A stretch of DNA of 64,000 nucleotides from Eledone cirrhosa (GCA_964016885.1 OZ024760.1:10230001-10294000), one strand, 5' to 3'; shown: positions 14,050 to 27,609, numbered from the stretch's first letter. Numbers and translations are program-made. The notes: generated by a model not told the origin, from the sequence alone.

Positions 14050-14210
14050 CTTTTACTGTTTTCAGTCATTAGACTGTGGCCATGCTGGGGAACACCACCT
14101 TGATTTAGTCAATCATATCAACCCCAGTATTACTGCGTTCAATCATTAAACAGCATCATGCTAGGTCACGGTCTTGATTTAGTCAATCATATCGACCCCC
14201 AATACTTTTT
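14050..14210 (-). mobile_element. SINE 3' fragment, partly duplicated
   Basis: Minus strand reads tactggggttgat..gactaaa..ccccagcatggccacagtctaatgactgaaaacagtaaaaga. Confidence 0.55.
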
Positions 14211-14466
14211 TTTTCAAATCCGGTAAGGATTTTTCCATCTAACATGCACACACACATAAACACGCACACACACATAAACACGCACATATACACACACACA
14301 TACACACGCACCTATACACACACGCACACAGTAATGTGAGAAAAATAAGAGGGAGAAATGCAATCAAACTGTAGTAAGCTTCCCTAACATTAATTCAAAG
14401 AGCTGAACGATTCCTGTTACCATTTGTAGAGAGGAGGGAGCTAGGATTATTGTCACTGTTAAGTCG

Positions 14467-14499
<33 letters not shown>

Positions 14500-14539
14500 T
14501 GTAGGCATATAAGGTAAAATTCCGTTATAACGGAATTTC

Positions 14540-14580
<41 letters not shown>

Positions 14581-14646
14581 GAAAGGTATAGAAAACATTG
14601 CAACGAAAAGCCAACAGCACTCCATAATATATATATATATATATAT

Positions 14647-14845
14647 AGTTTTAATATAGATGAGATTCTACAGGACTAGAACTGTTACATTCTTTAGAAA
14701 TCATCAGGATTCCTGATGGTTTCTAAAGAATGTAACAGTTCTAGTCCTGTAGAATCTCATCTATATTAAAACTTTTATACTCTGCAATGTATTGAGTACC
14801 TTACTTACTGTGGTTACCTCCGATTCAACCCGGAATAACGTACCT
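14647..14845 (+). mobile_element. HHR-element family B, fold-back copy with two near-canonical HHRs
   Basis: Arms 14647-14709 / 14711-14773. Plus strand: gattc-CTGATGG-tttct aa agaat-GTAA-cag..ctg-TA-gaatc (14708-14756). The minus arm has CTGATGA. Flanked by (TA)n. Confidence 0.75.
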
Positions 14846-14858
14846 ATATATATATATA

Positions 14859-15005
14859 TTATTTCTGAAGACGGCGTATATGTGTGTTTGGTATGTATAT
14901 TTAATCTTGATAGTTTGTATAATTTTGTATAATTTTGTACATAGATCTGTTGAATATGCATGCCAATTCTAACACATATATATCCTAGAAACGATCGTTA
15001 AATAA
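14859..15005 (+). ncRNA. Type I hammerhead with ~115 nt extended stem II
   Basis: ttattt-CTGAAGA-[tatatgtgt/acacatata; ttggtatgtatatttaa/ttgaatatgcatgccaa]-GAAA-cgatcg-TT-aaataa. Confidence 0.75.
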
Positions 15006-15234
15006 TGAACTTTTTTTGTTTAATATAAGGAACTGTTTCATTGTTTTATTCATTATTTGTTTAATATTTTATCTTGACTCTGTATACCGTTTATCTTTCA
15101 CCGAAAGTGATTTTTCATTACATCTCTTCTTTCCATGATATTCGGAATACATTGAGTTCTTCATACGGATTGGACACTACCGTAAACTCTTGGTAGATTT
15201 ATCTACATATATATATATATATATATATTCAGAA

Positions 15235-15397
15235 TAATAATAAATGAAGACATTCACATAATCAAAATATATGTTTTATTATATATATTTCGAAGGTACT
15301 GTGATATTTTTTTCAGTACGTCCTCGTTAGATAAAATACATGAATTGATGTATGACACCTCAACGGTCTTGAAAGTTCAATTCCAGTATTGGCAGTG
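15235..15397 (-). mobile_element. HHR-element family A with mutated core (CTAACGA)
   Basis: Minus strand: ttttat-CTAACGA-ggacgtactg..cagtaccttc-GAAA-tatata-TA-ataaaa; homologous to 58514 and 59878. Confidence 0.75.
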
Positions 15398-15639
15398 TAT
15401 ATTATATATAAAATAACCCACATGGCATCAGAACCTAGCGTGTCTCATAAACGTACGCTACTAAAAATAGCAGCCAGGTTTACACGACATTTAAATTAGT
15501 TCAACAAAAATTGAAGGAGCCGACTATATCAAAGGTATATATTGAGTTAGAAACTCAAAATAGTCTCTTACAATTAAATAGCTCAAAGAAAGAGGTTTTT
15601 CTGAGTCATATTTCTGTTCTTGTATTTCTTGATTTATTG

Positions 15640-15825
15640 TGGATTGGCAGTATCGGTAGAGGGTCGGACGCCATGCTTTCCAGCATAGTTACGTCCCTTT
15701 ACGATCTGAGTTCAAATCCCGCCGAGGTTGACTTTGCCTTTCATCCTTACGGGGTCGATAAAATAAAGTACCAGTAATGCACTGGGTAATTGCTGGCCTT
15801 GTGCCAAAAGTAGAAACAATTATTT
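15640..15825 (+). mobile_element. SINE family 1, near full length (tRNA-derived head, Nin/Deu-like core)
   Basis: A-box-like TGGCAGTATCGG, B-box GTTCAAATCC, core gcctttcatccttacggggtcgataaaat, tail gaaacaattatt. Confidence 0.9.
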
Positions 15826-16473
15826 TAAATTGAGTCTGGCAAACCATATAGTTAATAGTTAGTATTTTTTTCACCCTAGCGAACCTGGTCCCTTACGATT
15901 GAACACATGTATGTTTATATCTGTGTTTATCTTTCTTTTATATTCAATTATATTACACAGCCATCCTATTCTCCAGATATTTTATCATGTTTCGCTGTGA
16001 TCCGTCTTCTCTCTCCCTCTACCTATTTCATTTATATCTACTCTTCTCCCTCTTTCTTCCTCACCCTCTCTCTGCTAGCCACCTCATTCTTTTCCTTGCC
16101 TGACCTTCTAGCAGTCCTTTTCTCACTTACACTAGCAGGGGTCAGTCGTGTCTTTTGGTTCGCCCACACGCTCTCGAACTTAAGTTCTGTTACCGCTGTG
16201 GTCTTGGATTTTCTTACCTTAAGCACATTCCTCGGTTTGTTGTTTTTTTCGCTGGTTTCACTTTTCTTCCTTTTTTCCCCTTGCCCTTCTATTTTCCTTC
16301 TCCCCCTCCTCCGTTTTTCCAATAACTTACCCCGTTATTGAATGCTCTGGGGGTAGATATATTGTCAGTTACTATTGCTTTTCAATATGATGTCACAGAC
16401 ACTGATTATAATAATGTATCTTAATGAATGTTCTAAGGACTGGGAATGTAATTACTTGTTTAAACATTGTGTA

Positions 16474-16520
16474 TGCTCCGATGAATCCAGACAGTTGTCT
16501 TGAAGAAACGACCGTCAGCA
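16474..16520 (+). ncRNA. Degenerate type I hammerhead (core CCGATGA)
   Basis: tgct-CCGATGA-atccagac agtt gtcttgaa-GAAA-cgaccg-TC-agca, followed by ATTAAA and (TA)n. Confidence 0.6.
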
Positions 16521-16580
16521 ATTAAATGCATTAAGCAAAAATGTGATTGTTTTATATTTTGTATATATATATAATTTATT

Positions 16581-16644
<64 letters not shown>

Positions 16645-17227
16645 TTGTAACGAAGATCACTGGTATCATTTCAGTGTTCCTCAGCCAGCATCTAGCTCGC
16701 TCATTGAATCTGGTGAATTGCAGTAATGCAGCTGCAATCAACTGTTCAGAGTACATACATTTAGTTTACTGTAGACAGTAGGCTATGTTATTAGTAAGAG
16801 ATAGATATAAATATCTCCTTCCTGGACGATCGTTTCTATGTAATATAACTTTATAAATGCAGATTTTACTTCTGCAATGTTCAGGAAATCACGCAAAATC
16901 ACCGGGTATTTACGTAATTGGGCTATTGCATGTCTTCAGCAGGATTACCCTATAATATTATGCAATAATTTTCGAGCAGTGTGGGCCAGCTCTCACTACT
17001 GGATAAACTATCCAGCTGTTCATGGTACTCTCTCACTCTGCCTCTAATGAAAAGAGGGAGAATTTCTCACAGAATTTCGCCAGTTGTTGTAGCTGTCCTA
17101 CTGGGTACCTAGCAACCAGCCAGATGTTGAAGCCGTCCTAGCGACCCACTGTCATCTGAAATGGCAGTGCAACAGTTTGTAATGATTCACACATTTCCTG
17201 TTGCGTCCAAGAGACCATTCTGACAGA

Positions 17228-17337
<110 letters not shown>

Positions 17338-17642
17338 TAAATCGTTTAATCATTATAATTATTTCAACGGTTCTCCTATGCAATCAAGAAGTCTTTCATG
17401 CATTTGTTGTTGTTATGAGAACGGTGTCCTCAGATGAAATCCGAATTAGTGATATGCTGCCGACAGGAAAAAAACAGGTCCTTCTGCTCGTGTGTCCAGC
17501 AGACATATCAGGTACAGAAGCCAGGTACTTCAGCTAGTTAAATATATATATATTTAAGAGAACAGCTAAGAGAAGACAGATAAAAGAGAAAACGACTGTA
17601 TTGGATGTGTTGTCTGGTTTACGGTGTGAGGTGAGACCGTAA

Positions 17643-17685
<43 letters not shown>

Positions 17686-18110
17686 CAAAAAAACAATCAT
17701 AAAACTTCCTTATTAGGCTGGGGGGGGGGGGAGTAAACAGCTGATTAAATGGTAGAATTGGCCTTGGGTTTTAAATGTGAAATAACCATAGTCAGTATGA
17801 TCTTTTCCAGCTCCGAATGACGTCATTTGAAACGCAGCAATATACCGGATAACATTGCTTCTGAAGTGTTTAGCTTCGTTAGTACGGACTGTAAGTAGTA
17901 TATGGATAAAAGCTGGAGGGTCCTCTACCTGTGGAAGTCTGACCTTTCCTCCTAAGCAACACATGCCAGTGTAATATCCATGCTACCAATCGCGACTCTA
18001 GAATCATTTCTATAATTCTTCAATGGATCCGTAGCTCTTAAACAGTTTATTCTGCCTTGAAGAGTCGTTTGTGATTGTATCTCCCCCCCCCCCCCGCCTC
18101 TCTCTCTCTC

Positions 18111-18478
18111 CCTCTGCTATATAAAATTGTAGTTCCTGTCTGTTTATTTGTTTGGTTGTTCACGAACTCTTTCTATGGTTTTGGAGATAGACCCCCCATA
18201 ACCATATATATTCTGAAACTATCATACATTGCCCAGGGTACTTGGATAGGTATATTTCATTTTAATCAAAGGGTTCCCCAGGACACACAAACCCCCGCTG
18301 AAAATGTTTTCCCTTCGATTTATATGAAATTTTAACCATAGGTAAATGACAAGATATGATGCCTATTCACTCCTAATGGAGTTTTTCTCCATAAATGATA
18401 TCATTGATTTAAAATCAATCATCATCTTACAAAAAAAAATAATGTGTGAAAGGCAGCAAGGCGTGGGTAATTCGGTTA

Positions 18479-18480
<2 letters not shown>
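18111..18480 (+). mobile_element. Non-autonomous Helitron-like element
   Basis: 5' tctgctatataaa..ctgtctgttt; 3' gcaaggcgtgggtaattcggTTAG|T resembles a CTAG terminus. Confidence 0.45.
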
Positions 18481-18551
<71 letters not shown>

Positions 18552-18556
<5 letters not shown>

Positions 18557-18755
18557 AAAACCACAGACCCTCCATCTCAACTCACCTTTTGAAAAGCAGA
18601 AGAACTGCGAAACCGGTAAAGGAACCAAATAAATATATATATATATTTTTTTTAAATAAGACTCCAGTTGCATTTTCGATTTCATCTCTTTTTCTTTATA
18701 CTTTCACTCGTGTAGGACACCTCGGTTATTTTTCATTTTGTAAAAAAAAACTAAC

Positions 18756-18762
<7 letters not shown>
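18552..18762 (+). mobile_element. HHR-element family C monomer between (TA)n tracts
   Basis: Homologous to both arms of 48265-48610 and has the same start tgagaaaaaccacag. Confidence 0.8.
18585..18622 (+). ncRNA. Minimal type I hammerhead, U3-A8 core variant
   Basis: cctt-TTGAAAA-gcag aagaa ctgc-GAAA-ccgg-TA-aagg. Confidence 0.7.
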
Positions 18763-18828
<66 letters not shown>

Positions 18829-19010
18829 TGAAAAATGGCGAGCTGTGTTGTTGCATTTAAGTATAATAAATGAAGAATTAGAAATAACTTATTTTAGTTA
18901 TTGTATCGCCCTAGCTGGGGGTATATTGTCTGTAATGCGAAGAAATACCTATGATGGCTAGTAGACAACTGATGACGGATATTCCTAACTTCTATTTCTA
19001 ATTCTTCATT

Positions 19011-19054
<44 letters not shown>

Positions 19055-19217
19055 ATACTTTGGGAGGGTCATGTTGCCAATATATATATATATATAAAAG
19101 CGCCGAAACATTTTGATCTCGGTATTACAGCTGATGAAGGATTTCTTTTCTTCTCTTGTTTCGTCCATACTACCATCTTAAACTTTGTTTACAGTAACCA
19201 CACAGGTCCTTTCGTTT

Positions 19218-19271
<54 letters not shown>

Positions 19272-19926
19272 AATGAAAAACCAGCCTCGCCATCACCCGA
19301 GGCAACGCTGCGAGTGTGTTGGCTTGCCTCAAAAACCATTAGATAGGTTGCCCAGTACTCCTCGCGACGTTGCTGTCTTTTGCTCTGGTGTTGGCTCCGT
19401 TGTTCATCCCTTCCTTTCAGAGCCGTCTTAACGCATGGGCGCGCTGGGCAGTTGCAGGATAGGGGGCCCATTTGTATTTTTATTCCTGTGAGTGGTTGTG
19501 TAGGTAGGGGACGCAGTGCTCTGCTTTTCCCGGGGCCCTGCTTCCTTTACATTTTCTTTAATATTGTAACATTAAAAGAATATATCCTTCTGAAAGAATC
19601 GCGAGCTATTTGTAATGTTGTCTCAGCATTTGTAATGTTATTTGGGTATATATTTAAAACATATTTAAGAGAGTATTGAAGTTTGCTTGAAGCATTGTGG
19701 AATAATAAGGTAAATTTCTTTAAGTCGTTTGGAAGCCTCGACAATGCAAATGGGTAAATCTCCGGGTAACAAGATCCGGTGGTGGAGAGAGAGATGTAAG
19801 CGGGTGTACGTTGAGATGCGTGGCGTGTATAAGACTGTAGCGTGTAGAGGAATGAAGGAAAGAGCGTAAAGGATAAAATTAAAATAACAACACGAGAGAG
19901 AGTTACCTTGGGAGAGATTTAATTGT

Positions 19927-20020
19927 CCCTATATATTTCGGATTCACATCCATCAACTAGGGTTTTTTTCCGGAGTGGGGGAAAGGTTGACTGTCGGAAA
20001 GGTGCGAAACGCGTCCTCCA
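19927..20020. ncRNA. Two divergent degenerate hammerheads (19927-19962 minus, 19972-20020 plus)
   Basis: Minus: ccc-tagttgat-ggat GTGA atcc-GAAA-tata-TA-ggg. Plus: ggag..GAAA-cgcg-TC-ctcc. The CUGANGA strands are decayed. Confidence 0.45.
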
Positions 20021-20474
20021 CTGTTCGTTGTTTTGATATGTTACTCTACTGTAAATTTATTTATATGGTCTATTTAAATGATTTGTAATGTATTTATGAA
20101 ATAAAGTTTATTACATTATATTATGCCACATTCTATATTGTATTATATCGCCTTCTTCTATTGCGTTTTCTTGTAGTTTGTGTTGAGAAATAATCGTATT
20201 TCCCAGCCATAATATCCTAAAGTATCTATATCAAAATACAAACAAATAAAGGAATTTGTCAACAAGACTGTCTGGTTTAGGTATAGTATTGAATAAAATA
20301 TGCTTTTCCACGGTCTAAATACCATCAACATACGAACCTGGTTGGATATTGAGGCGTTACAACCAACCGCCTTTTTCTATTATATATGCACTAAAGTACA
20401 CACACACACACATATATCTATATCTATATACACACACTCTCATGTACACACATATATATGTATATATATATATA

Positions 20475-20686
<212 letters not shown>

Positions 20687-20687
20687 A

Positions 20688-20808
20688 AGAAAGTGTAGTA
20701 AGGAATCAGATGGACCATAACGCACCAGAGTACTCGATACTTAGGGTAGTAGTAGTGTTCGGATCTAGCTGTCGAAACGGCCGGAGCTCAGCCGTCGGGG
20801 TCCTGACT

Positions 20809-20812
<4 letters not shown>
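20688..20812. mobile_element. HHR-element family D (inverted tail plus HHR 3' half)
   Basis: Minus-strand tail, then plus-strand GAAA-cggc..gccg-TC-ggggtc at 20774. Confidence 0.75.
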
Positions 20813-20869
<57 letters not shown>

Positions 20870-20969
20870 GTAATTCCGTCGGAAAGGTGCAGGAAAAAAG
20901 TCGTTCTTCCTTTCATATAGATTATATTTTTGTTTTTAAAATCCAATGCCAATAAATACAGCAGGATTT

Positions 20970-21030
20970 TTTCATTCTGATGATTGAAAGCAAAATTTGT
21001 TTGCTTTTAAGAAACCACTGGTAAATGAAA
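20970..21030 (+). ncRNA. Type I hammerhead ribozyme, fully canonical
   Basis: tttcatt-CTGATGA-ttgaaagcaaa atttg tttgcttttaa-GAAA-cca c tgg-TA-aatgaaa. Stem I is 7 bp and stem II is 11 bp; lies in a ~195 bp island between (TA)n tracts. Confidence 0.85.
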
Positions 21031-21070
21031 TAATTGCCTTATGTTGTTTATTACATAACTAAATATATAT

Positions 21071-21118
<48 letters not shown>

Positions 21119-21193
21119 AATACAGGTAGGGTAGATATTTGTATTTAATCAATTAGATGATTTAATTTAAATCCTTGTTAATCCTCATTCTTG

Positions 21194-21255
<62 letters not shown>

Positions 21256-21338
21256 GTATAATTTATTTATTTATATTTACACACACAAAATCACACGCGC
21301 TCTCTCTCTCCCCCCCTCTCTCCCCCCCTCTCTCTCTC

Positions 21339-21396
<58 letters not shown>

Positions 21397-21506
21397 GCTT
21401 CGTTTTTTAATTTGTTTTGCAATATTTCTTATCTGAAAATTGAAGGGAAAATCGGCAAGTGCGTATGTTTTTATTCGGCAGCATGACCCTCCCAAATTAT
21501 AGCAAT

Positions 21507-21700
21507 CTACTATATAATAGCAATTTCTGTCTGTCTGTGTGTAACCAGGTGGCGCCTAAACCAGTGATCCAATCCTGATGAAACTTTACACACGTGTTAA
21601 GTTAATATTCAGGAACAGGACTAGTTAATTGAATTTCAATAAAAAATCAATAATAGAACCCCTGAGGACATTAAACCCTCTCTTCCACTACTCCCCTGCC
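21507..21700 (+). mobile_element. Helitron-like 5' fragment
   Basis: tctactatataatagc..ctgtctgtctgt..ccaatcctgatgaaactttacaca. Confidence 0.4.
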
Positions 21701-22072
21701 TCCTCCCACAACTCAGTCCTCCAAAACGGGGCAACAACTTATTTGCTTTTTTGTTCTTCATTTTGTAGAGAAAGAGAGAGGGGATGAGAGAGAGGAGATA
21801 AGAGAGAAATAGAGGGAATGAGAGAGAGAGAGAGGATGTGAAAGAGAGAGGGGGAGGATGAGAGAGAGAGAGAGAGAGAGAAAGAGAGCCAAAGAAAGAG
21901 AGAGAGAGGGGGGTTAGGGAAGAAAGAGAAAGAAAACAGAAAAATGATAGCATAATTCGATAACTAACTTTTATTTATTTTTTAAACACTTAACTAAATC
22001 CTTTCTTAACGTTATTTCTTTCTCTCTCTCTCTTTCACAAAAGTCATAATTAGAGATAAGTGTGTGTATGTG

Positions 22073-22143
<71 letters not shown>

Positions 22144-22189
22144 ACCTAGAGATTAATGTTGGTGAAAGCTACAGTGTAAACATTTTAAT

Positions 22190-22420
22190 TAACCCAAGTT
22201 CTGTCGCACTTTGGGCCAAGGAGCGTAAACTCTCCAAATATCGGTCGCCCTCCGACAGGTTTGTTGTTGAGCCCATAGCAATGGAAACTTCTGGTGTCCT
22301 TGGCTCTAGGGCTACCTCCCAAACTCACCACCATTGGCACAGAGTCGGCTACCCGCAGGGGTGAGCCTCGCAAGCCGGAATCGATTTTCTAGCGCGTCTC
22401 CCTCACCATCCCCTATTCCG
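22190..22420 (+). pseudogene. CRE-clade non-LTR retrotransposon restriction-like endonuclease C-terminal fragment
   Basis: A..AKERKLSKY..DRFVVEPIAMETSGVLG, then frameshifted ATRRGEPR..IF*RVSLTI; matches the E..K..KY / P.A.ET.G / QRISI pattern. Confidence 0.75.
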
Positions 22421-23894
22421 ACCGCCGGGGCTGCTGGGCGACCAGCGCGTGGGCCCCCATTTGCTCATAATAGTGAGTGATGGGGAGATCGGGTGAGATG
22501 GAGGCAGTGACAGTGAGAGTTTGGTTCCTGGTGTATATGTATAGATTTACGAAGCATTATATATTGTGTTGCTTCGTTAGTACGGACTGTAAGTAGTATA
22601 TGGATAAAAGCTGGAGGGTAGATTAATTTCAAATAGTATCAGTTTTTCTTTTTTGTGTAAAATCAAAGATTGTAAAACGACTTTATAAAAACTAACGCAA
22701 TATTATTAAACCTTCTTATAGATCAAAGGATATATAGTTTAAGCCGATTCTAGACTTTCGTGGGACGTTACTCTCTCTCTCTCTCTCTCTGAATATCTAA
22801 CACTTTAATTGTATCTCTCTCTCTGTATAAGGGCCTATCTCTCTCTGTCTGCCTCTCCCCATGTGTGTCTCTCTGTCTTTAGATGTGTGTGCTATGTATT
22901 TGTGTATGTATGTTTGTGTATGTATGTGTGTGTGTGTGTGTGTGTGTAGTTTTTGTGTGATTCAACCAACAAACATCGTTATTTTATATTTTAAATATAG
23001 ATGAAATTAACGATTTTATTTATTATATATCATTTACAATTTACGTGTATGTCGGTCTCTCTGGATATAAAGAGTGGGGGAGGGTGCTCAGAAAGTATAA
23101 GAGCTAGAATATAAACAGGATGGGAAAATATTCAGAGAACTATACATACATACATAGACATATGTAGACATACATCTCTCTCTCTCTATCTCTCTCTCCA
23201 CACACACACACACATATATATGTACATATACATATATATATATACACACACATATATATATATATACACACATAAACGTATAAATTTACACACAGCAAAA
23301 TATGCATATTTTCAAAAATGCAAACACCCATATCTATGCATCAATGGGTATATATGTGTGTGAGTGTGTGTTAAGGTATGTTTACTATTCAGACACCCCA
23401 TGAGGACTTTAATATGGAATGCACCCATTTGTTACCCACATACATGTAATTAAGAAGACACAGACAGCGCATTTTAAAGCAAACTTTCTGTCGGTTAGAA
23501 AGTAAGTGAAATGGATATATATAAAAACAATTAAATATGTAAATATACTTTCTATATGAAATATATAATTAAATATATATAATTTAATATATATATATAG
23601 TTTCTATATAAAATATATAATTTAGTATATACAAGTAAGTTTGTTTTGAAACAGCCAGCGAAGTTTGAAATTTAGCTGAAATAGAAGCTTTCGTCGTATT
23701 TTTCACTAAAGAAACTTTAGCCTGATAGTGGGGTTTAGAACCTCCTCAAAAATGGAAAAGGATGAGTATTGACGTACATGTGCGTCAATATTCATCCTTT
23801 GCCATTTTTTTATATTGTTTTAAACACCACTATCAGGCTAAAATATGCCGAAAGCTTCTATTTCAACTAAATTTTAATATATACAATGGTAAGT

Positions 23895-24995
23895 ACTTTC
23901 TTCTGCACCAGCTATCACCCTTCTTTCAATTCTGTCTGAACTACTGTGTAAAACTGCCAGTGCCATTCCTCTGTTCAAAAAGGGTGACCGCACATCACCT
24001 GTCAACTATCGTCCAGTCAGTCTTAAGCTGCATTGCCAAACTAATGAAATCCTGTGTAAGAGAAACACTTTGGAACTTCTGGAACTCTCACAGTATTCCT
24101 CGGTGTACCACAGGGATCTGTTCTTGGTCCCCTTTCGTTTGTTGCATATATTAATGACATAGATGCCAACTTAAAGAATGCCACAGTACTGAAATATGCA
24201 GATGACATCAAGCTGTACATTGAGATAAAAAGGACAGATCCTGAACACTATAGATCTTTCCTGCAATCAGACCTGGGCATTACTGTCAGCAGCGATTTGC
24301 ATTGGACGAAGCACATCTCTAAAATTGTCAAGAAGGCCGAGGGTGTCTTAGCATCACTCAGCGAGACCTTTGTTAGCTGCTCTCCAGCTATCTATTTAAA
24401 GCTGTATATAGCTATGGTGCGGCCATACCTAGAATTTGCATCACCAGTCTGGAACCCCTATCTTGCTCAGAACATTGACCTCCTGGAAACTGTTCAGAGA
24501 CATGCAACCAAGCGAATACCCTCCATCAGGCATCTACCATGCTCTGAATGCCTTGCTTCCCTGGGCATGGATACATTGAAGCTCCGACGTCTGGCAACTG
24601 ACTTGGTAAACACCTACAAAATTATTAACCATCTTGCCAACAACAACCCTGAGCACCTTTTTGATTTCCCTGTGTCTAACACACTTGGGCATGCCTACAA
24701 AGTCAAAAAACAGCACAGCTCCCATGACTTTTGGAAACATTTTTTCACGCTCAGAGTTGCTGAAGCATGGAACAAACTACTTGCATCAGTTGTTAGCTGT
24801 AGAGACGCTGCATCCTTTAAAACCTCCATGCTTCCTGAAATTCGCCAACACTACACCTGATGTCCCCCCCCTCCATACACATGCACACATGTATATCATG
24901 ACTCATACACTTCACTTTCCTGACATTTGAACATTATTCTATGTACTATACATGTATCTTTGATGAGTTGTAGTGCACCTGAGCACTGTACACAT
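23895..24995 (+). pseudogene. CR1-group LINE ORF2 (reverse transcriptase) remnant with 3' UTR, internally deleted
   Basis: IPLFKKGDRTSPVNYRPVSL, PQGSVLGP, KYADDIKL (24192-24215), VRPYLEFASPVWNP, FFTLRVAEAWNKL; frameshifted. Confidence 0.92.
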
Positions 24996-25000
24996 TAATT

Positions 25001-25120
25001 TCGTTGAAACGGCAAGAGCTCAGCTGTCCAGGTCCTGAAAATTTCATATTACCATACCCTACTACCCCAAGTATCAAGAACTCTGGTGAGTAATGGTCTA
25101 AACAGGTTTTTTACTGTATC
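25001..25120 (+). mobile_element. Diverged family D HHR-element fragment
   Basis: GAAA-cggc aagagctca gctg-TC followed by a family D-like tail. Confidence 0.6.
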
Positions 25121-25744
25121 TATTTTAATTCAATACGTGTATAGTTTCTATATAAAATATATAATATAAAATATGTGAATTTGTATATCTGGCGATAAAC
25201 AGTATGTTTATGCATAAATATTTTGAAAGCTGTCAGCTATGAATATGAAAACTGATGGCATAGCCCATATCTAGTGTGTTCCAGCAGAAGCTAAGAACAG
25301 GTAACTAGTGATGATGACGCCATATTAAATATATATTTACTTTATAAAATATATAATATAAAATATATATAGTTTCTATTTTCTATACAAAATATATAAT
25401 GTAATATATGCATGGTTTTCTAACTCCCCGGGGAGTTGTAGGGATGCCATTTTGAAATACAGCATTTCTAGGGCATTTCTTAAACCTGGTGGAGCCCATC
25501 ACCTCTCCAGATCTGAATACAGCAGACTTCTTCCAGAGAAGGAGATAGAGAGAGGAAGTGAGAAAGAGATATAGAGGAAGAATAAATCCTTGTTCTAGAC
25601 TGGTACATTTTTATCGACCTTGAATGGATGGAAGTCAAAGTTGACCTTGGTGGGATTTGAACTGAGAGCAGAGAGCTGAAATGAATACTGCAAAACATTT
25701 TATCTGACATTCTAACAACTCTGACAATTCGTTGCCATAATGCA

Positions 25745-27605
25745 ATATAGATAGGTATTCTGTATAAAATATATAATGTAAAATATAGATAGGTATTCTG
25801 TATAAAATATATAATGTAATATATAGATAGATTCTATATAGATTATATAATGTAATATATAGATAGATTCTATATAGATTATATAATGTAATATATAGAT
25901 AGGTTCTATATAAAATATATAATGTAAAATATAGATAGATTCTATATAGATTATATAATGTAATATATAGATAGATTCTATATAGATTATATAATGTAAT
26001 ATATAGATAGATTCTATATAGATTATATAATGTAATATATAGATAGGTTCTATATAAAATATATAATGTAATATATAGATAGATTCTATATAGATTATAT
26101 AATGTAATATATAGATAGGTTCTATATAGATTATATAATGTAATATATAGATAGGTTCTATATAGATTATATAATGTAATATATAGATAGATTCTATATA
26201 GATTATATAATGTAATATATAGATAGATTCTATATAAAATATATAATGTAAAATATAGATAGATTCTATATAGATTATATAATTGTTTCTACTTTTGGCA
26301 CAAGGCCAGCAATTACCCAGTACATTACTGGTACTTTATTTTATCTATATAATGTAAAATATAGATAGATTCTATATAGATTATATAATTGTTTCTACTT
26401 TTGGCACAAGGCCAGCAATTACCCAGTACATTACTGGTACTTTATTTTATCTATATAATGTAAAATATAGATAGATTCTATATAGATTATATAATGTAAT
26501 ATATAGATAGATTCTATATAGATTATATAATGTAATATATAGATAGGTTCTATATAAAATATATAATGTAAAATATAGATAGATTCTATATAGATTATAT
26601 AATGTAATATATAGATAGGTTCTATATAAAATATATAATGTAAAATATAGATAGATTCTATATAGATTATATAATTGTTTCTACTTTTGGCACAAGGCCA
26701 GCAATTACCCAGTACATTACTGGTACTTTATTTTATCTATATAATGTAAAATATAGATAGATTCTATATAGATTATATAATTGTTTCTACTTTTGGCACA
26801 AGGCCAGCAATTACCCAGTACATTACTGGTACTTTATTTTATCTATATAATGTAAAATATAGATAGATTCTATATAGATTATATAATGTAATATATAGAT
26901 AGATTCTATATAGATTATATAATGTAATATATAGATAGGTTCTATATAAAATATATAATGTAATATATAGATAGATTCTATATAGATTATATAATGTAAT
27001 ATATAGATAGATTCTATATAGATTATATAATGTAATATATAGATAGGTTCTATATAAAATATATAATGTAATATATAGATAGATTCTATATAGATTATAT
27101 AATGTAATATATAGATAGATTCTATATAAAATATATAATGTAAAATATAGATAGATTCTATATAGATTATATAATTGTTTCTACTTTTGGCACAAGGCCA
27201 GCAATTACCCAGTACATTACTGGTACTTTATTTTATCTATATAATGTAATATATAGATAGATTCTATATAGATTATATAATGTAATATATAGATAGATTC
27301 TATATAGATTATATAATGTAATATATAGATAGGTTCTATATAAAATATATAATGTAAAATATAGATAGATTCTATATAGATTATATAATTGTTTCTACTT
27401 TTGGCACAAGGCCAGCAATTACCCAGTACATTACTGGTACTTTATTTTATCGACCCCGTAAGGATGAAAGGCAAAGTTAACCTCGGCGGGATTTGAACTC
27501 AGACTGTAAAGGGACGTAACTATGCTAGAAAGCATGGCGTCCAACCCTCTACCGATACTGCCAATTCCCCGCCCATTAGATATATAATTATATAATGTAA
27601 TATAG
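25745..27605. repeat. 36-bp AT-rich minisatellite interleaved with co-amplified SINE1 tails
   Basis: Unit tgtaatatatagatagattctatatagattatataa (25815, 25851 and onward); ~65 bp SINE pieces at 26281, 26387, 26673, 26779 and 27173; full SINE at 27387-27575(-). Confidence 0.95.
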
Positions 27606-27609
27606 TTCT

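Noticed and set aside
15640-15725. tRNA gene
   Set aside because: The A and B boxes belong to a multi-copy SINE head; no cloverleaf can be drawn.
18915-18990. Type III hammerhead (ttgtct/agacaa-CTGATGA)
   Set aside because: No GAAA follows stem II.
19100-19140. GAAAC and CTGATGA close together
   Set aside because: No consistent stems in either topology.
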